DNA of 61,674 nucleotides, filler included, from Rhabdomonas costata (Eukaryota): NCBI GenBank assembly GCA_019059605.1. It is 22 parts of 22 records of this genome, joined end to end, with 100 filler letters (N's around TTAATTAATTAA, not from the genome) between each part and the next. Parts side by side here need not be neighbours in the genome. Positions count along the whole stretch, not along the records: positions 36,519 to 39,226 come from JAHMHO010002292.1; positions 39,327 to 42,033 come from JAHMHO010002293.1; positions 42,134 to 44,840 come from JAHMHO010002294.1; positions 44,941 to 47,641 come from JAHMHO010002295.1; positions 47,742 to 50,448 come from JAHMHO010002296.1; 17 more parts are not named here. One strand, written 5' to 3'. The translations under genes and the position numbers were made by a program. This document shows, piece after piece, positions 36,600 through 50,448 of the stretch (the stretch's first letter is position 1; each line of letters begins with the position of its first letter). The notes below the pieces were generated by a model that saw only the letters and a program-made list of their open reading frames with translations, ran no database searches and had not been told where the DNA came from.

Positions 36600-38830
36600 A
36601 GTGGCTTCTGGTATCAATCCATTACCGCCCACTTGGCCCAGCTGTTGACCGATGTCATTTAGCTCCAGCGGCGGCGAGTACAAACGCGTTGGCTCTTCAA
36701 GTTTGACTTGGCCAAACGTTTTCCATCTATCCACTGGTGTGCAATATTTGGTGTCGCAGAGAAGACGGGCATCACTTCAGCGGTTATCCGGTGCTTCAAG
36801 CACTTTGATGCACATCTTCTACACCAGTTCCGCTATTGTCAAGTGAATGTGTCTGAGATCCATGGCCAACGGGCTGGCCAATGGGTGCAATGCCAGTCTT
36901 GACCACCTAAACCTCCTGTTTGAGCCATTTCACCTGTGGTCCAGTGCTTAACAGGTAGTCCCGCTGCTTGATAATGCTTATCTTTACTCCATCAGTTACG
37001 CGGATGATGTTTGATTTCTGGCGGCTTCTGTGCTGGAAGTAGAGTACCTCGTGGGTACTTACCAGGCCTGGTTCTAGCTCCTTTGCATACAGCTTCATCT
37101 ATGGAAAACCGAGCTCTGGTGCTCGGACATCAACGCTGGAAGGAAGTTTACTCTGCATTTGGACTCTGGCCATCTGGAGCTGGAGACAAGCGCCACCTTC
37201 CGGATGGTAGGAATTGAGCTGTGAAAGGAAGTAGCTGCTACCGCTGCCAACTTGGAATCTCGCCTTCCCCTTGCCTTCCTTTCTGGATGGCGGTTGCTGG
37301 ACTTGTCACAGTAAACGCGGATTGTTGAGTTGAATAGTAGTTCCGTTGGAAACGGCCATGTTTTCTGCTACTTTCCAGGCAGTTCCAGCGCAAGATCGAA
37401 TTTATCCTCCAGGTAAAAGGCATCTAGGAGTACGGTGAACGAGACGGCGTGAAAGCAAAAGTCCCGCTCGGTTCACGCTCATGTTGCTGCGCAGATATAA
37501 ATGACAGCAGTTCTCCATCGAGCAATTTACTGGTGTGATGTCCGCGCCCTCTCGAACACGCAGTTGATGCCATTATTTGAAGCGAGCACTTGCTCGCCTT
37601 TATCCTTTGCCCTGAGTTATTTTGCAGCTGCATAGGTTATTGGAGGTCTCCATTGTGTGCATATTCCCACTTTTTAGACACACGGTTGGACATGCTTGAT
37701 CGTAGGATGCGCTGGCTTCAACTCTTTGGCAACCACTGTGGGCTAATGGGCACTCTGCATTGCCGCCTGGCGTCCTCTCATGTGGTTACTTGTGTCGATC
37801 CAACTACCGCTCTGGAGTCGGCGCTTGCTTCCATTAGGTGGCGAGCTTCCTGCAAGCTTCAGGCTATTGGGATTCTTCCTGTTCATTTTTGGACCACATG
37901 ACACCCGTAAGTGAGAGCATACCACAGATGAATCTTCTGAACCACCACATGCGGTAAAAAATAGTATGTGGTTATGCGACATCAAACGTGAGGAACCTCG
38001 TCTCCTGTTTGAGCAGCAACACCCAATTGGAACGCTTATTTAGCACATGAACCGCGACGCACTCCTGCTAATTGAATGGTTTCAACTAGACCTGGTCGTC
38101 AGAGCGCTTGTACGCAAACCATCATTGTTCGTTGATCCATCATATTGCTTGTTCAAACAATGTGCAGTTATACCTGTAGTTCCAGATAATTCGACGGATG
38201 GAGGTTCAGTACATCCTGATCAACTACCACTGCTATTGGACAAGCACCCTTGAATTTAGACCAAAGTCCAAGTGTGACACCAGCATTGCGGTCGTCAATG
38301 GGGCGCAATGTTTGCATTACTGGCCGTCACCAGACTAGTATTATTCATACAAGACGCCAGATGCTGTGGACTAAACAGAACTCAGCAAAACACACCGCAG
38401 ATGTAGGTGCATTGGAGCTCTCACACATACTAACCTTTACCCTAATTATAATTCTAACAATAAGTATAACACGAAAAACTTCACGCGTTTAAAACAACAC
38501 AGTTAGGTCCACAATTAAGTTGGATCGCTCAGAGCTCTTGAGCAGAACTAACACCTGCCGGACCGCCATTTAAACAAATGCCGCAGGTTGTGTGGAACGC
38601 TTTAAATGGATAATAATTTGAAATGTGGAGGAAACACAGAGTGATGACTTGTCAGAAGACCGACCGTTGCGTGCACTGCAACTGCATGGTTGACATGCAC
38701 ACCACAGTGTACCTTCGGTTATAAGGCCCACTTGAATGCAAATTATCATGGAATGTTGTATATGGCAAATGGAAGTACCATCATGATAGGGTAATCAACG
38801 TCTTGAGTCTAATGCGTGAACCAGCGACCA
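36600..38830 (+). mobile_element. Decayed non-LTR retrotransposon (LINE): reverse transcriptase followed by RNase H
   Basis: RT motifs: FKFDLAKRFPSIHW (36696), LNLLFEPF, SYADDV (YADD at 36997-37008). RNase H-like motifs: STDGGS (38191), RSELL (38526), YKAH (38720), GNQR (38790). Many stops and frameshifts. Confidence 0.8.
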
Positions 38831-39327
38831 GCGAGTTACACACCAACTGGCCTGACCGTCCTACGTGGACTACCACAGCGGCCTGTGGCACCACACCGAT
38901 AACCTTCATTAATGACTCCGCAAAACTACAGACCCAAAACCACTAAAAAAAAGGCTTTAGCGTTGCGCTATTTAAAACCTCGCCACAAAAATCTTTTAGG
39001 ATAACGAACGAACGAACGAATGCTTCAACGAGTGGAACTCATGTGCAAACCTCTTCATCCAGCAGCTCCTGTGTCCTTTTATCATGCTCTGTTAGTCAGT
39101 TAACACTATCACAATTTTGTCTTAGTCCTCGTGCAGAATGCATCCATCTCACGCATTTGCTTCTGCAAAAACAAAGAAACTTTTGGATCAAATACTCGCC
39201 TTCCACCAGTTTCTCCCCAAACCCCCNNNNNNNNNNNNNNNNNNNNNNNNNNNNNNNNNNNNNNNNNNNNTTAATTAATTAANNNNNNNNNNNNNNNNNN
39301 NNNNNNNNNNNNNNNNNNNNNNNNNNT

Positions 39328-39458
39328 GTGGTGTGTCCACCTCCAGACACGTAAAGTTGGCTGGTCTTTGGTACCGAAAGCTGCCGAAACTCATAAAAAG
39401 TGCGGCTTTCGGTACCAAAGACCAGCCAACTTTACGTGTCTGGAGGTGGATACACCAC
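39328..39458. repeat. Long inverted repeat: 57-bp arms, 17-nt loop
   Basis: 39328-39384 is the reverse complement of 39402-39458 at 55/57 positions. Confidence 0.95.
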
Positions 39459-42400
39459 GCTTCCGAATGGTAGAGGAAAAAACTTGTCCAAAATCTGAAC
39501 TTCGCCCACCTCGTTGACCTGAGGAAACCCGCAAAATAGTGCCTAACTTTAGACTCCCAAACTCAAAAGTTCGGCCGAATGTTCAGATACCAAAGAGATG
39601 CAGTGACTGAAGCTGCCTGGTCGTGGCAGAAGTCTCCCATCTGACAGCTGCAGATACGAGAGACTACAGCCTTTCAAATGTATACACGTGCAGGCAAAAA
39701 GCAAATGAAACGTCGCAAAGGAAAAAAGCAAGGCATGGAGGAAGAGGCCAAGTAGAAGGGGTGTTGGTGGGGATCAGTTAGGTGGGTGGTGATGAGGGGA
39801 CCCGTTAGGTGGGTGGTGATGAGAGAATAGATTAATAAATATTGACGAAGCGCATTTTTTCTGCATTGGAATTGACGGCAGCCGATGACACTGCACACCG
39901 ACTTCTTTTCTTTTCCACAGCATCTACATACCGCTACAAGGGTGAAGTTCACACGGGAGGCGGCGAACGCTGTGTAGCTGAAGCCACTGTAAGGCACCGA
40001 GAGCCCATACGAGGCCCAGGACAGCAGCCACCAGTCCACCTGAGGCCAGCAAGCCACTTAGGCAGGGGTGCGGGAATGAGTGTTACTTGTGCTGATCCGG
40101 AGCTTTGAACGTTTGATGTGCATTACTAAAATTTATGATACAAGAAGATAGGATGCACGCCATCGCCTAGCGAGCAAAAAGCCTGAACCCAGTAGATCCT
40201 GAACAACCGTCGAAACCGTTAATATCACTCTCCATAAGCAACTGCAGTGACGTTCTCTCGTTCTGACTGCAACAAGGAGACCACGATGCCATTCGCTCTT
40301 GCATTGCATGTCAGCAGTTTTGGCGCAATCCTGAAACATCTGGGTATCCGTCCTGCGCCCTTCCACATGGCTGCGCACAGCGCTCAAGCATTCCACATTC
40401 TCAAGCATGACACAGAACAAATGTCCTTCCTTAAATTTTTGGGGATTCAGGATGTCAAGAGGTGAAGGCAGAGGGCAGAGAGAGACACACAAACCCAGAT
40501 CTTTCGCTCACTCTGAAAGTCGAGCTCCTCGAGGTCGATGTGCGCGGGAAGTCTGAGCAGAACGAGACGACCGTAGACCTTCACTTTCAAGGAGCCTTCG
40601 TGCAAAGGGCGCAAGAACTTTTTCTTTCAGTTGCTGAACTATCAGACGTTTGTGGCTGTGAGCACATGTGCATCTAACTTCTGGGAAACCGCTTCTGGGA
40701 GAAATCTGATTTCGGGCCCGAAATTCTTGAGACATCTCTTATGGTGTCTACCGCCCCATTCAACCTGCATCTATTCCTTTATTGGCCCCCCTCCCGAACG
40801 AGGAACCCAAGCACCGATTGTGGAGATGACTTCCTCACACACATCCATTCTATCACCACATCTACCGCAACCACCGATGCTATGAGGACGTCTTTCTTTC
40901 CTCAGGTGCAGCCGCACTGGGCGGAGCTGAATTAAAAACAACTCGTACGAAATTCCTGTCCCTTGATGGGCTGAGAACGCTCCAAAGCAGTGCATTCGTC
41001 CCGCCAGAATTCCACGTTCGTTTTTCTTTGTGGAGGGTGTTGATCTCCGCGAAACATTGCGATTACAGGGGGAACGGCTTTGTTTAATAAGAGAAGCAGT
41101 CCACGTGCGTTGGAACGGCAACAACGTTATTTTTACACCATTTTAACGCTCACCAAACGCACGCCCAGAACACCAAAGCGTACACATGTACTACATGTGC
41201 TCACACAAGTAGAGCAGACACTCACCCGGGCTCCGTGAAGAGACAAGGGCGTAATGCCGCGGTGAGCTGCTGCGTCAATTCCATGCTGTCACATGCCAGA
41301 AACACCCACGGCAATGATAGTGGAGGGTGCGGCTGCAGAAGGCCATGCCCGTCAAGCATGGTCCGAGTGAAGCCCCCTTCAGAATCCAAACGGGAGGCTA
41401 CACGAACCACTCCCCGCGACTTCGCGTCGTACCAGCCCAAGGGTGCTGAATTCCCTGGACTGGTACCGGCGCTGCGGACGCGCTGCTATCCCGCCCACAC
41501 ACACAGTCGCAGGCAGCTTGATTCAATTTTCAGATAGAAAGCGGATTACGTCACCACGAATGCTAAGGTATGAATGTGCCAAAATTAGCTACAAAATTAA
41601 GTGGAAGCAAGTGATTGCATTCCCACAAAAACACACTGAATCTCAGCTAAAACCTCCAAGGAAACTACACCAACCTGGGTGCCAAGTGTCAAGTTACCAA
41701 AATGCCAAGGCTGGCCTTCAGTGTCTTTGGTTCCACATTTCCTTTCCCGTAGTTCAGGTTAATCCTGACAGACTCGCAACGAATGGTGCAGCGCGACTGG
41801 AAAACCAACGGCGAAACCCAGAGCAAGCTGCACAGCGCTCGCCTCTCCGTGACTCGGGGTCAATTCCCCATGTAGGGCTGTGACGGCCAGACACAGACAG
41901 ATTTGCCAGGAGACCTGCCCTTCCCCGCCCAACATGGGCCCCTAAGATTACCGCCACCGGCCTGCCATGCCTCGCACTGTCCCAGCTGCGAGGGGATTCC
42001 ATGGGGCGGGTGCCCCCACCACGAATCCAGCTCNNNNNNNNNNNNNNNNNNNNNNNNNNNNNNNNNNNNNNNNNNNNTTAATTAATTAANNNNNNNNNNN
42101 NNNNNNNNNNNNNNNNNNNNNNNNNNNNNNNNNGTGTGGGAAACGCCTGGCAGAGCTAAAGGATGGGGCGGTGGTAGAGAAGAGAGAAGAAGGGCGCAGC
42201 CCAGGAGGCCTTATCAGGGCGAGAGAAGGCCCCCAGCACCCCACCCACATTCAGGCCGGCGGGTGGTGGAGGCACGGGACAGGGACCTGCCAGGCCTCTT
42301 CATCTCTCACAAAAGCAGCAAGGCGGGGGGAAAAGGCGTGTCCCCCAGGAGAGGGAGGCGACGTCACACCAGAGAGAAGCTGTGTATTTTGGACACCAGT

Positions 42401-43093
42401 CTTACGGACGATGAGAAGGAAGCTGACTGAAAGCGCCCTTTCACGCTGCCAGTATAAAAGTGAAGCAATGCGGAAGCTGGAGTTGCTGTGCTGTTCTGGG
42501 ACTCCATCGTTGCATAACCTCACGGCACAAAGCAACAGCTACCCGGTCATCGACAATGGGCAGGTCGTTGTTGGACAATTTACCGTGCCGTGTTACCTCA
42601 TCGCATACCGTATTGTATGTATCGCAGTGACCACACGCCACAGTGTCCGCAAAAAGAATGAATAAAAATATCGTTATAGATATCAGAAAACCGAAATTGG
42701 CAAGGGCAGAGTCCACCAGATAGCCTACCAGATAGCATAGCCCCCTCTTCTAGGTGTCTCCCGGCGTAAAAGAGTGAAGCGATACGGAAGAAACAGCAAG
42801 TAAGAAGGCCATAAAGGAAGAGAAAGACGACATGAAGCTGTGCAACCGCGAGAAGGCAGGGACAGCGAGAAAGGAGGCAGCTGACTAAGAAAGCCGCAGA
42901 AGAGAAAGAGAGAAAGAGAGGAAGGAAGAGAGAGCGGAAAGAGAGGGAGTCGTAGGCCTCGGTCCGCTGTGCACTTAAAAAACAGCGACTGGGGTTCAAA
43001 GACACCACCCATGCACTTCTCCCATTCAGGGAATGCTAAAGCTGTGAGGGGCCTGGGCAGTCGCCCAGCGCCTCAGGCAAGGGCCCCCCACCG

Positions 43094-44498
43094 TTATGAT
43101 GGATGAGCCCCCATTGTCCTCATGAAGCACTCCCCCGAGGGTAATGGATGCATCTGAGGCATGGGGAGGGTGACCGCGGCGGTTACCCCAGCGGGGAGTC
43201 TGAGCTCCATGAGGCACTCGGCGTCCCCAGAGCGCTCCCATGTCACCTCAATTGGACCTAAAAACACCGCACACCCACCCCTTCCCTGTGTTCATTATTG
43301 TGGGTATTTAGAGATATGCCATGCTAAGGTCCCATTTCAGGGGAAACAGAGAGCCCAGTCTTTTGAGGGAGGGGTCATTGAGCACAGAGGCGAAAGATGA
43401 CGGTGGCAGCGGTGGAGGTGCAAGCTGAACAGCTTCAGTGGCACACCCAGAGGAGTGGGAATCGTTCCGGTGGCCCACTGCAGGTCGCCCAACAGCGGGG
43501 CCACTGTGGCGGAGGCGTAGCCCGGGGCGGAGGGGGTCACCCCCAGCACGCCTGCGGAGAGGGCGTACGTTGGCCCAGCGGACCAGCCATGGCAGCGGCT
43601 GGTGAAGCTGAACGAGAAAAGAACGAAGGGCTGCGCATTGAACCAGGAAGAAGAAAGCGCCTCTCGCCTCCCATCCACCCAAAAACATATTTTGGCGGCG
43701 CATTTGCGGAGGTTGCTCAACGGGCGCGATCAATTGTTGAGCCAGTGTTGGGAAGCGAAGACGGGAGAAGGCAATGCAGGCACTGATTGGAAAGAGAGAA
43801 AAACGCAACTGAATCAAACGCGCGTAGGTGCACATTCAAGAACGTACCTTCGAGGACACTGCATGTGGCTGTACGCCTCAGCCATGCCGTTTCGGGCGAC
43901 TTTCTCCCAAAACACATTGCCTGTGAGTTTCAGTGCAAAAAGGCTCGTCACCCTTTGGCCAGCATACAGGCAAACAAACAAGGACCACGGAGCCCTGTCT
44001 CTGTCTTACACGGACAAGGAACGAGTGAATTTCCGAACACAAGACGAAGGAAACTCGCAAAAAGCCCCTAAAACCCAAATTGTAGCTGCGCGAGCACTTA
44101 CTGCCGGTGCGCCCGTGTCCACGAAAGCGTGTGCGTGAATGCGTGGACGTGCAAATTGCTTATTTCGACTTTTTTCCTTGCTGCTTTCCAAGATATAGCA
44201 TTCCCTGCAAGCCGAATGTATGTGTACATGTCGGAAGGGGGGATGCCGAGAGGGGGAGAGGGATGCCGTTGGCGGCGCTCACCTGGGTCGGTTCGCACCA
44301 TGTGCCCCCACAGCTTGCGCACCGCCTCCAGCAAAGGTCCGCCCTGCCGCAGCTGCAGGTGGGCCAGAAGGGTGCGGAAGCTGGCGAAGGGGCTGACGTA
44401 CGACGTTCCCACGGGGAAGTGGTCCGCGGCGCACGTCAAAGGCCCCACAGCACACTCGCAGTGCCGACCCAAGTAGGCCAGAGCCCGCCCAGCACGCG
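43094..44498 (-). CDS. Alpha-L-rhamnosidase (GH78), last four exons
   Basis: Exons 44498-44283, 43920-43860, 43607-43447 and 43257-43094: VRKLWGHM..P|GNVFWE..|FTSRCHGWSAGPT..GVLGVTPSAPGY..VAPLLGDLQWATGTIPTPL|GPIEVTW. Confidence 0.92.
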
Positions 44499-44940
44499 CT
44501 GAAGCAACAACCAAAAGACCGCATCCAAAACAACCACAACAAAACAACCCCATATCTGATTTGGCGAACTTCCATACACTCAGGATACTTCCATACAATT
44601 CTTACGCCGAAAATTCGTTTACAGTTTTCCCCTGTGCCCACAAAAAAGGGGGGGGGGAACGAGATCGAAAAGCTCATGATAAGCAGGGTTTCTTTTTTAC
44701 ACTTGGGAGCATGCACAGACATCGCATCCAGAAATACTAAGGTCAAGTTTCATATGCATACACACAATCAGTGGGCAAACTGAATGAACACCCCCTGCGT
44801 TTAACGGGCAATAGAGGAAATTCTAGTTCCACCCCACCCCNNNNNNNNNNNNNNNNNNNNNNNNNNNNNNNNNNNNNNNNNNNNTTAATTAATTAANNNN
44901 NNNNNNNNNNNNNNNNNNNNNNNNNNNNNNNNNNNNNNNN

Positions 44941-45420
44941 GGTGTTGTTGTGGTGTTGGACAGGTTGCAATGGGTACAATGGTGGGTTCTTGCTGTGCTG
45001 GGGTTGCATTAACAGATGGTTTTCCAGTGCTTATAGAGGTGTTCGAATAGATTATGTGGTTCATTGCGCGCGCGTTTGTTCTTGTTCTTGCTGTTGTTGT
45101 TGTAACATAGAGTGGTGTATGGTATATCGTAGTAGGTGTAGTAGTTGTGGTTGTTGTATGTGCTTCTTAAGTTGGTGATGGTGGGCTGTGTGGTTGTGGT
45201 CTGTGTGGGGTTGTGTGGGGTGGTACTGATGTTGTGGTTGGTGGGCTTTTTGGTGTCGTTGTGTGGCATTGGTTCCTGTTTGTGTTGACGTCTGCTGCTG
45301 TTTGGTGCCTGTTGCTGTCTCTTGATGTCATTGTGTGTCTGTGTCCTGATGGTCGTTTCTCCTGGTGTGGTGTCCGCGTATCCACATAGGTGTGATTCCT
45401 GCTATTCATGAACTTAGCGT
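44941..45420. repeat. G/T-rich low-complexity tract (GTT/GTG-rich)
   Basis: Strong strand skew with degenerate trinucleotide runs. Confidence 0.7.
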
Positions 45421-48400
45421 GTGTTGTTGCCTCTCGACATCAGTAGATGTGTGACGCTGACCTCGATGTTTTGATGCGTATTGCTGATGCCCTGATGCCT
45501 TCACTGTGTGATTATCGACATTAAAGCAAATGTTGACCCTGAACTCTACTTGTATGATGGTGGTGGAATCCATGCCACGGAAGCTGATGATGATGCTAAA
45601 GTTGTGTGGGGATCGTGGTGACTATGCCAGTACTACTAATGATGACCTATGCTCGAATACCCCGATATAACGCAGATGCGGAACTAGATGACCCATGCTT
45701 CGTACCATAAGAGTGCCAAAAAACCATCAATGTAGGAATGACCATAGCGAAGCGCGCCGAGCGCAACTATGACCTCATCTTGTATTCATATCTGCTACGC
45801 TCATTCACGCTAATGCCGATGATCTACGGCCATCATTCGTTTCAAAAAATCAATATAAATGGTACTATTTTGTCTAATTCAATAAATAATTTGGCTCGGG
45901 CGAGCGAACATAGGTCCACTCGGTCTCGAGGTGAGTTCCTTCTGTCCGCCTGAGTACTGATAGCGGTCATGATCGAAGATTTCGGTATAATATGGGAGTT
46001 TTCCGCCCTACCTTTGGTGAGAATACCGGTTATCTCTTTGCCCTCGGCTCTGGGTGGTGTGGTGCTGATTTCCTGGTTGGCAAATGGCTTGTTTAATTCT
46101 TGTTTAATTCCCGTGGAAGCCGGGGACTTAGGGCTACCGTAATAAAACCTGGTGATCATTTCAGCAACATAGCCATAGCCATGGCAGCTAAGGCACAGAA
46201 GGACAAAGGGCGGAATCTAAGAAAGGGGGGGCTTCTCGGAGAGGCGCGCGGGCAGACGAAAGAAACAGGCGCACGGATGGAAGGGCAGAAGAGGGAGTGC
46301 TTGGCGGGGGCACCATGGAAAGGGGGGCAAAAACCAAGCAAATCCGAGCAGAAACCAAGGCGGAACCGCCATTCCCTTCGGATTTTGGGTTTTTCAGGTC
46401 GGACCCGTGGCACTGACCAAACCCGGGACCCCGATTCCTGACACCCGATCCGAGGTCTTTCCCAGTCAATCCCCTTTTTACTGAAAAACCTGGGGCTTTT
46501 CCCTTCTGTACTCTTCCCAGGTTTTTTGGTTGCATCATTTTTTCCTTGGGAGAGATCCTCTGTTCCCCCGGTTTTCGAGCACAAAGAGAGCGAGAGCAAG
46601 GACTTGCTTCCTTCAGAGCCCCCTGCCTTAGGCAGGGTGTGCTCGTTGTGTGGAGTGGGACAGCACCGGACCAACAACGAGGACCGAGAGAATTTCCCAT
46701 TGATTTTCCGAATTCTTTTGCCTTATTGATCCCGAACGTCCGAGAGAGCCGAGAAAAGGGAGCCCCCCTGAATTGAACTGAAAAATATGTGCTGTAGAGG
46801 CAAATCAAAGGCTATCAATCTTACACCGGAGATTCCACTCCGGCACCACGAAATGGGTGGCAGGCCCGCAGAGTCGTAAAACGGTTTCCTTACCAATTTT
46901 CAAATCGTGGTCCACAACACAAACGACATTCCTTGGTACTCTGATTGAGCATTCCAAGAAAGTCAATCAAGTAGAACAAGCAGGCAGCAACAGCTTTGTG
47001 CTCGCAGGAATGTGTTCCGGCCAAGGAGGGGACCCCAAGGAGGCACAGGGCCAGGGAGTTGTGCGGGTCGGCAAAAAGCTGCGGGGATTTCTTAAATCAG
47101 GAACACAGATGCCCATGACACAAATTTCACACTTGGAGACAAGTCGGGAAAAACACAATAGCGCGGAAGCACACAGGCACAAAAGAGGTCGTGGGTCCAA
47201 CCAATGGCGTGACGACTCCCGAGAGTCCTGCGCAAGACAAAGAACGGATGGTGCCACCCCTCCCATGGGCTGCCAAGGTAGAACAAATAATGTCGGAAGC
47301 ACAAATCTGAAAGCACAGCACTACGTTTACAAGGAGAGAGCAGGCTTTTGACGAGGCAAACCGCTGCCAGAAGTACAATAGGCAAAGCGAAGGCGATAAG
47401 ATGAAGGCGACGAGACGCCCCCGACGGCATTTTCAGTGAATCAGTCCGCACCCCCCCCCCAGACACACACAAAGGTAGGCAAAGGTAGGTCGGTGTGTTC
47501 TGCTTGTTTGCCTTGTCTCAACAAACACCAGGGAGATTTTGCTAAAAGATTCTTACAACCACGCAATGACGCGCAAAGCATCCGCCTGCAAACCTCATGT
47601 GGCGTACTTCCGGGTCCACTGCTTGGCAGTCTCCTCAAACTNNNNNNNNNNNNNNNNNNNNNNNNNNNNNNNNNNNNNNNNNNNNTTAATTAATTAANNN
47701 NNNNNNNNNNNNNNNNNNNNNNNNNNNNNNNNNNNNNNNNNGTGGTTGGTGGAACCAAACGAAAGGATCTGATTTCCCGGCTTGTCTCTCAACTGTTCGA
47801 TCTTGATGCTGTGTTTGGATAGGAGTCTTCACTCGCTGCCCTATAAAGCGGTCAGTGCGGGAACGGCAAGAGTTGTGTTGTCGAAGGGATGGAGCTTGCT
47901 GTTTTCCCATTTCGCTTGATATCTTTTTGTGTTTGGTGTGGTCGCTTTTCCGAGGTTCGCTATGGCCAGTGTGACAAGCAGAAGCTGTGGGTTTTTCTTC
48001 GGGTGTTGGTGTTGGACCAAAGCGTTGTGCAGGTGTGTGGATCTGATTTTCCTTTTCCCCCGTTTCTCTCGTTTTATCACTTCTCACTCTGCTTGCCTTT
48101 CTTTTCTTCTTTCTTGCCTGAATGCAGAGTGCAGAGTGCCACGGGGTGAGGTTTGTTCATGCCATATGAGAGTTGATGGAAACCACTGCTGCGCGAGCTC
48201 TTTCTGAGGTGCAGTGGGAGTGTGCGACCGTGATGGCGCGTGTGGTGGTGGCTCACAGCTGCAGAGTTCGCTGTGGGTTAATGGCGGATGACAATGATAT
48301 GTGTGTGGAATCAGACCACCAACCGCTCCTCCAGTTCCCTTCCCCCTGCACGCTGCACGGGTCGTTATAACACCGAGGAGACCTTCCAACACCACCTCTT

Positions 48401-50261
48401 CTAGCGGAAAGGTTAGTGAAAGAGGTCACCTCTCTCTCTGTCTCTCTTTGCCGTATTGTGTGCCTGTATGTCTGTCTCCCCTGTGGGCATCGGAGAGTTG
48501 GACATGGTGCCCCTTGAGGAAGATCTACCCTCTTTGGTTTTGGATCAGCATTGGTTTTGGGGCGAGAGATGGTAGAGGGAGATAGAAGCGAGTGAGGGTG
48601 CTTCAGGGTAGTGGAGAATTTGCGCACCCTTGTGGGCAAGTGGGTACCCCCCCCCCTTGTGCTCTGAAGGTGTGCTTTGTTTTCTTCTGTGGAGGGTTTC
48701 CCCCCCACGAGAAAGAAATCGAAGCAGTTGCCGGAATTGTCGTCATCGAGAAGAAAAGAAAAGGGGAAGGTTGCAAAGGACCTGTTGCAGCTTGCGCACA
48801 GTCAACGATGCTGTGCAACAGTTAGTTCAGCATTGCAGCGGTCCCCACCATTTCTCTGGACCCAACCTCAATCTTCCTTTCTTTTGCCCTTCTGCCAGGT
48901 CCCCAGCCTCAGTTTTGACTGGTTGCTTGAGGGGTGTCATTGGTATATGTTGGGTCGACTGGAGACACCTCTCTTGTCTTCGTGAGTGCTGTCACCCTGG
49001 TCATCCACGATGTTAGCGAAAAGTGCAAGGAATGAGCAAGGTCTGTTCACCCGCCCTAGTATGGCCTCCTCGCTGATGCCAATAAAGTGGTACATTAGCG
49101 GAAAACGAATTTTCTGCATGAGACGAAGTTAGATGGTTTCGCAAAAATGAACCGCGAAATTAGGCTGAGTGGGGGAATTGGCTTCCCAGAGCTGCCGCCG
49201 GTGATGACGTGGTTCTTGCGTTAACATGCGTCTTAATGGTCGTGTTTCTATTACTTAGGTTACGTAAGTAATCTTGCTCTGTACTGGCTACGCCGCTTCC
49301 GTCGTTGCGAATCGGCATTTGAGTCTCGATGTGACGGGCTTGGGGTTGGGGATCACGTTGCGCGAAGGAAGAGCGCAATTTTTGTCACAAACACCCGCTG
49401 CGAACAATTCTGGTCTGCTGTGATATAGGAAAGGGGAATCATCTGGTCCAAATGTTTACATCTTCCAAAACTGTTTTCTTGTTGTTCGATGCGTTTGCTT
49501 CCGCCAAAAGAAGAACAAAAAACGAAGAAGAGCATTTCACATTTGGCTCATGGGCCATAACTACGGCAAGCTTGGCCTGTTGGCCCGCGTCCCAAAAGCG
49601 CAAAGAGGTTTTGTGCTTGGTTTTTGTGCAGATTCACTCAGCGAGGAGGGATTTAGTTCGATTTAGTCTTTACCCCACCCTAATACCCTGTCATGACCAC
49701 GGCGACTAGTTAGCTGTTGCGTTCCAGAAATGCTCAACTCAAGTTTATATATGGATACCTCCCACCAGGGTATCGCTGCGTTTAGAAAGACCACTTCGGC
49801 GAAGTATGACAGTGCCTCCAGCATGACTGAGGGATAATGAAGACCCAAACGCACCCGTCCCCTGCCCACCCATTTTCACCTGTGTGTTTTGCCTTTGCAC
49901 ATTTTTTCGTGTTGTTTTGGTGACCCCCCCCCCAAAAAAAAAGACGAAATGGTTGGGTTTCTCCGTTTCCTGTGCCAAGGACTTCCCCCTGTGGCAATCA
50001 AGGTTTGTGGCAGCTTTGTATAAATACGCTATGATAATCGTAGTCAATTGAAATCTCATTGAAGTGCATTGTTGTTGTTTTGTCGAATCAGAGAGTATTT
50101 GCCTTTGGCTATCTCTCTCCCCCACTTCATCCCACCCCAATTTTGCTGAACGGGATTGCACACAATGAGTATGAGACGGATTTTTACTTGCTTTTATTTG
50201 CTCTGGTTTGCAGCTTCTGACAGCTTTCTTCCATTCTCGGGGCACTGTGTGCATTCTGATT

Positions 50262-50448
50262 ATGGCTTGCAATGGACGCTGTGGGAAAGCCTGCAGGAGG
50301 AAGTTTATCTCACTGAGGGTACTTCTGGCCCTCTCGTTCACCACGCTGATGGTCATCTCGGGGTTCATCGGCTACTACCTTACTTACCAGCAGAGCCGCA
50401 CCAGCCTGCTGGAGATCACTGAACTCGACATGGAGCAAGCCATTCAAA
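50262..50448 (+). CDS. N-terminus of a membrane receptor-like protein (first TM helix, as in Cache-sensor cyclases/kinases)
   Basis: MACNG..RRKFISLRVLLALSFTTLMVISGFIGYYLTYQQSRTSLLEI: basic patch, hydrophobic helix, then amphipathic helix. Truncated by the contig end. Confidence 0.55.

Noticed and set aside
39775..39825. Two-copy 27-nt tandem duplication
   Set aside because: Simple local slippage; no spacers or array.
39900..42033. Exon-like segments on both strands (e.g. 41225-41465 minus)
   Set aside because: I could not build a consistent spliced frame or recognise a domain.
45420..45740. Box C/D snoRNA cluster (many TGATG/CTGA words)
   Set aside because: No properly paired C and D boxes with terminal stems; it looks like decayed repeat or coding DNA.
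46600..47400. DIRS-like RT relic (KSWSTTQTTFLG)
   Set aside because: Only one weak motif, which is insufficient to call.
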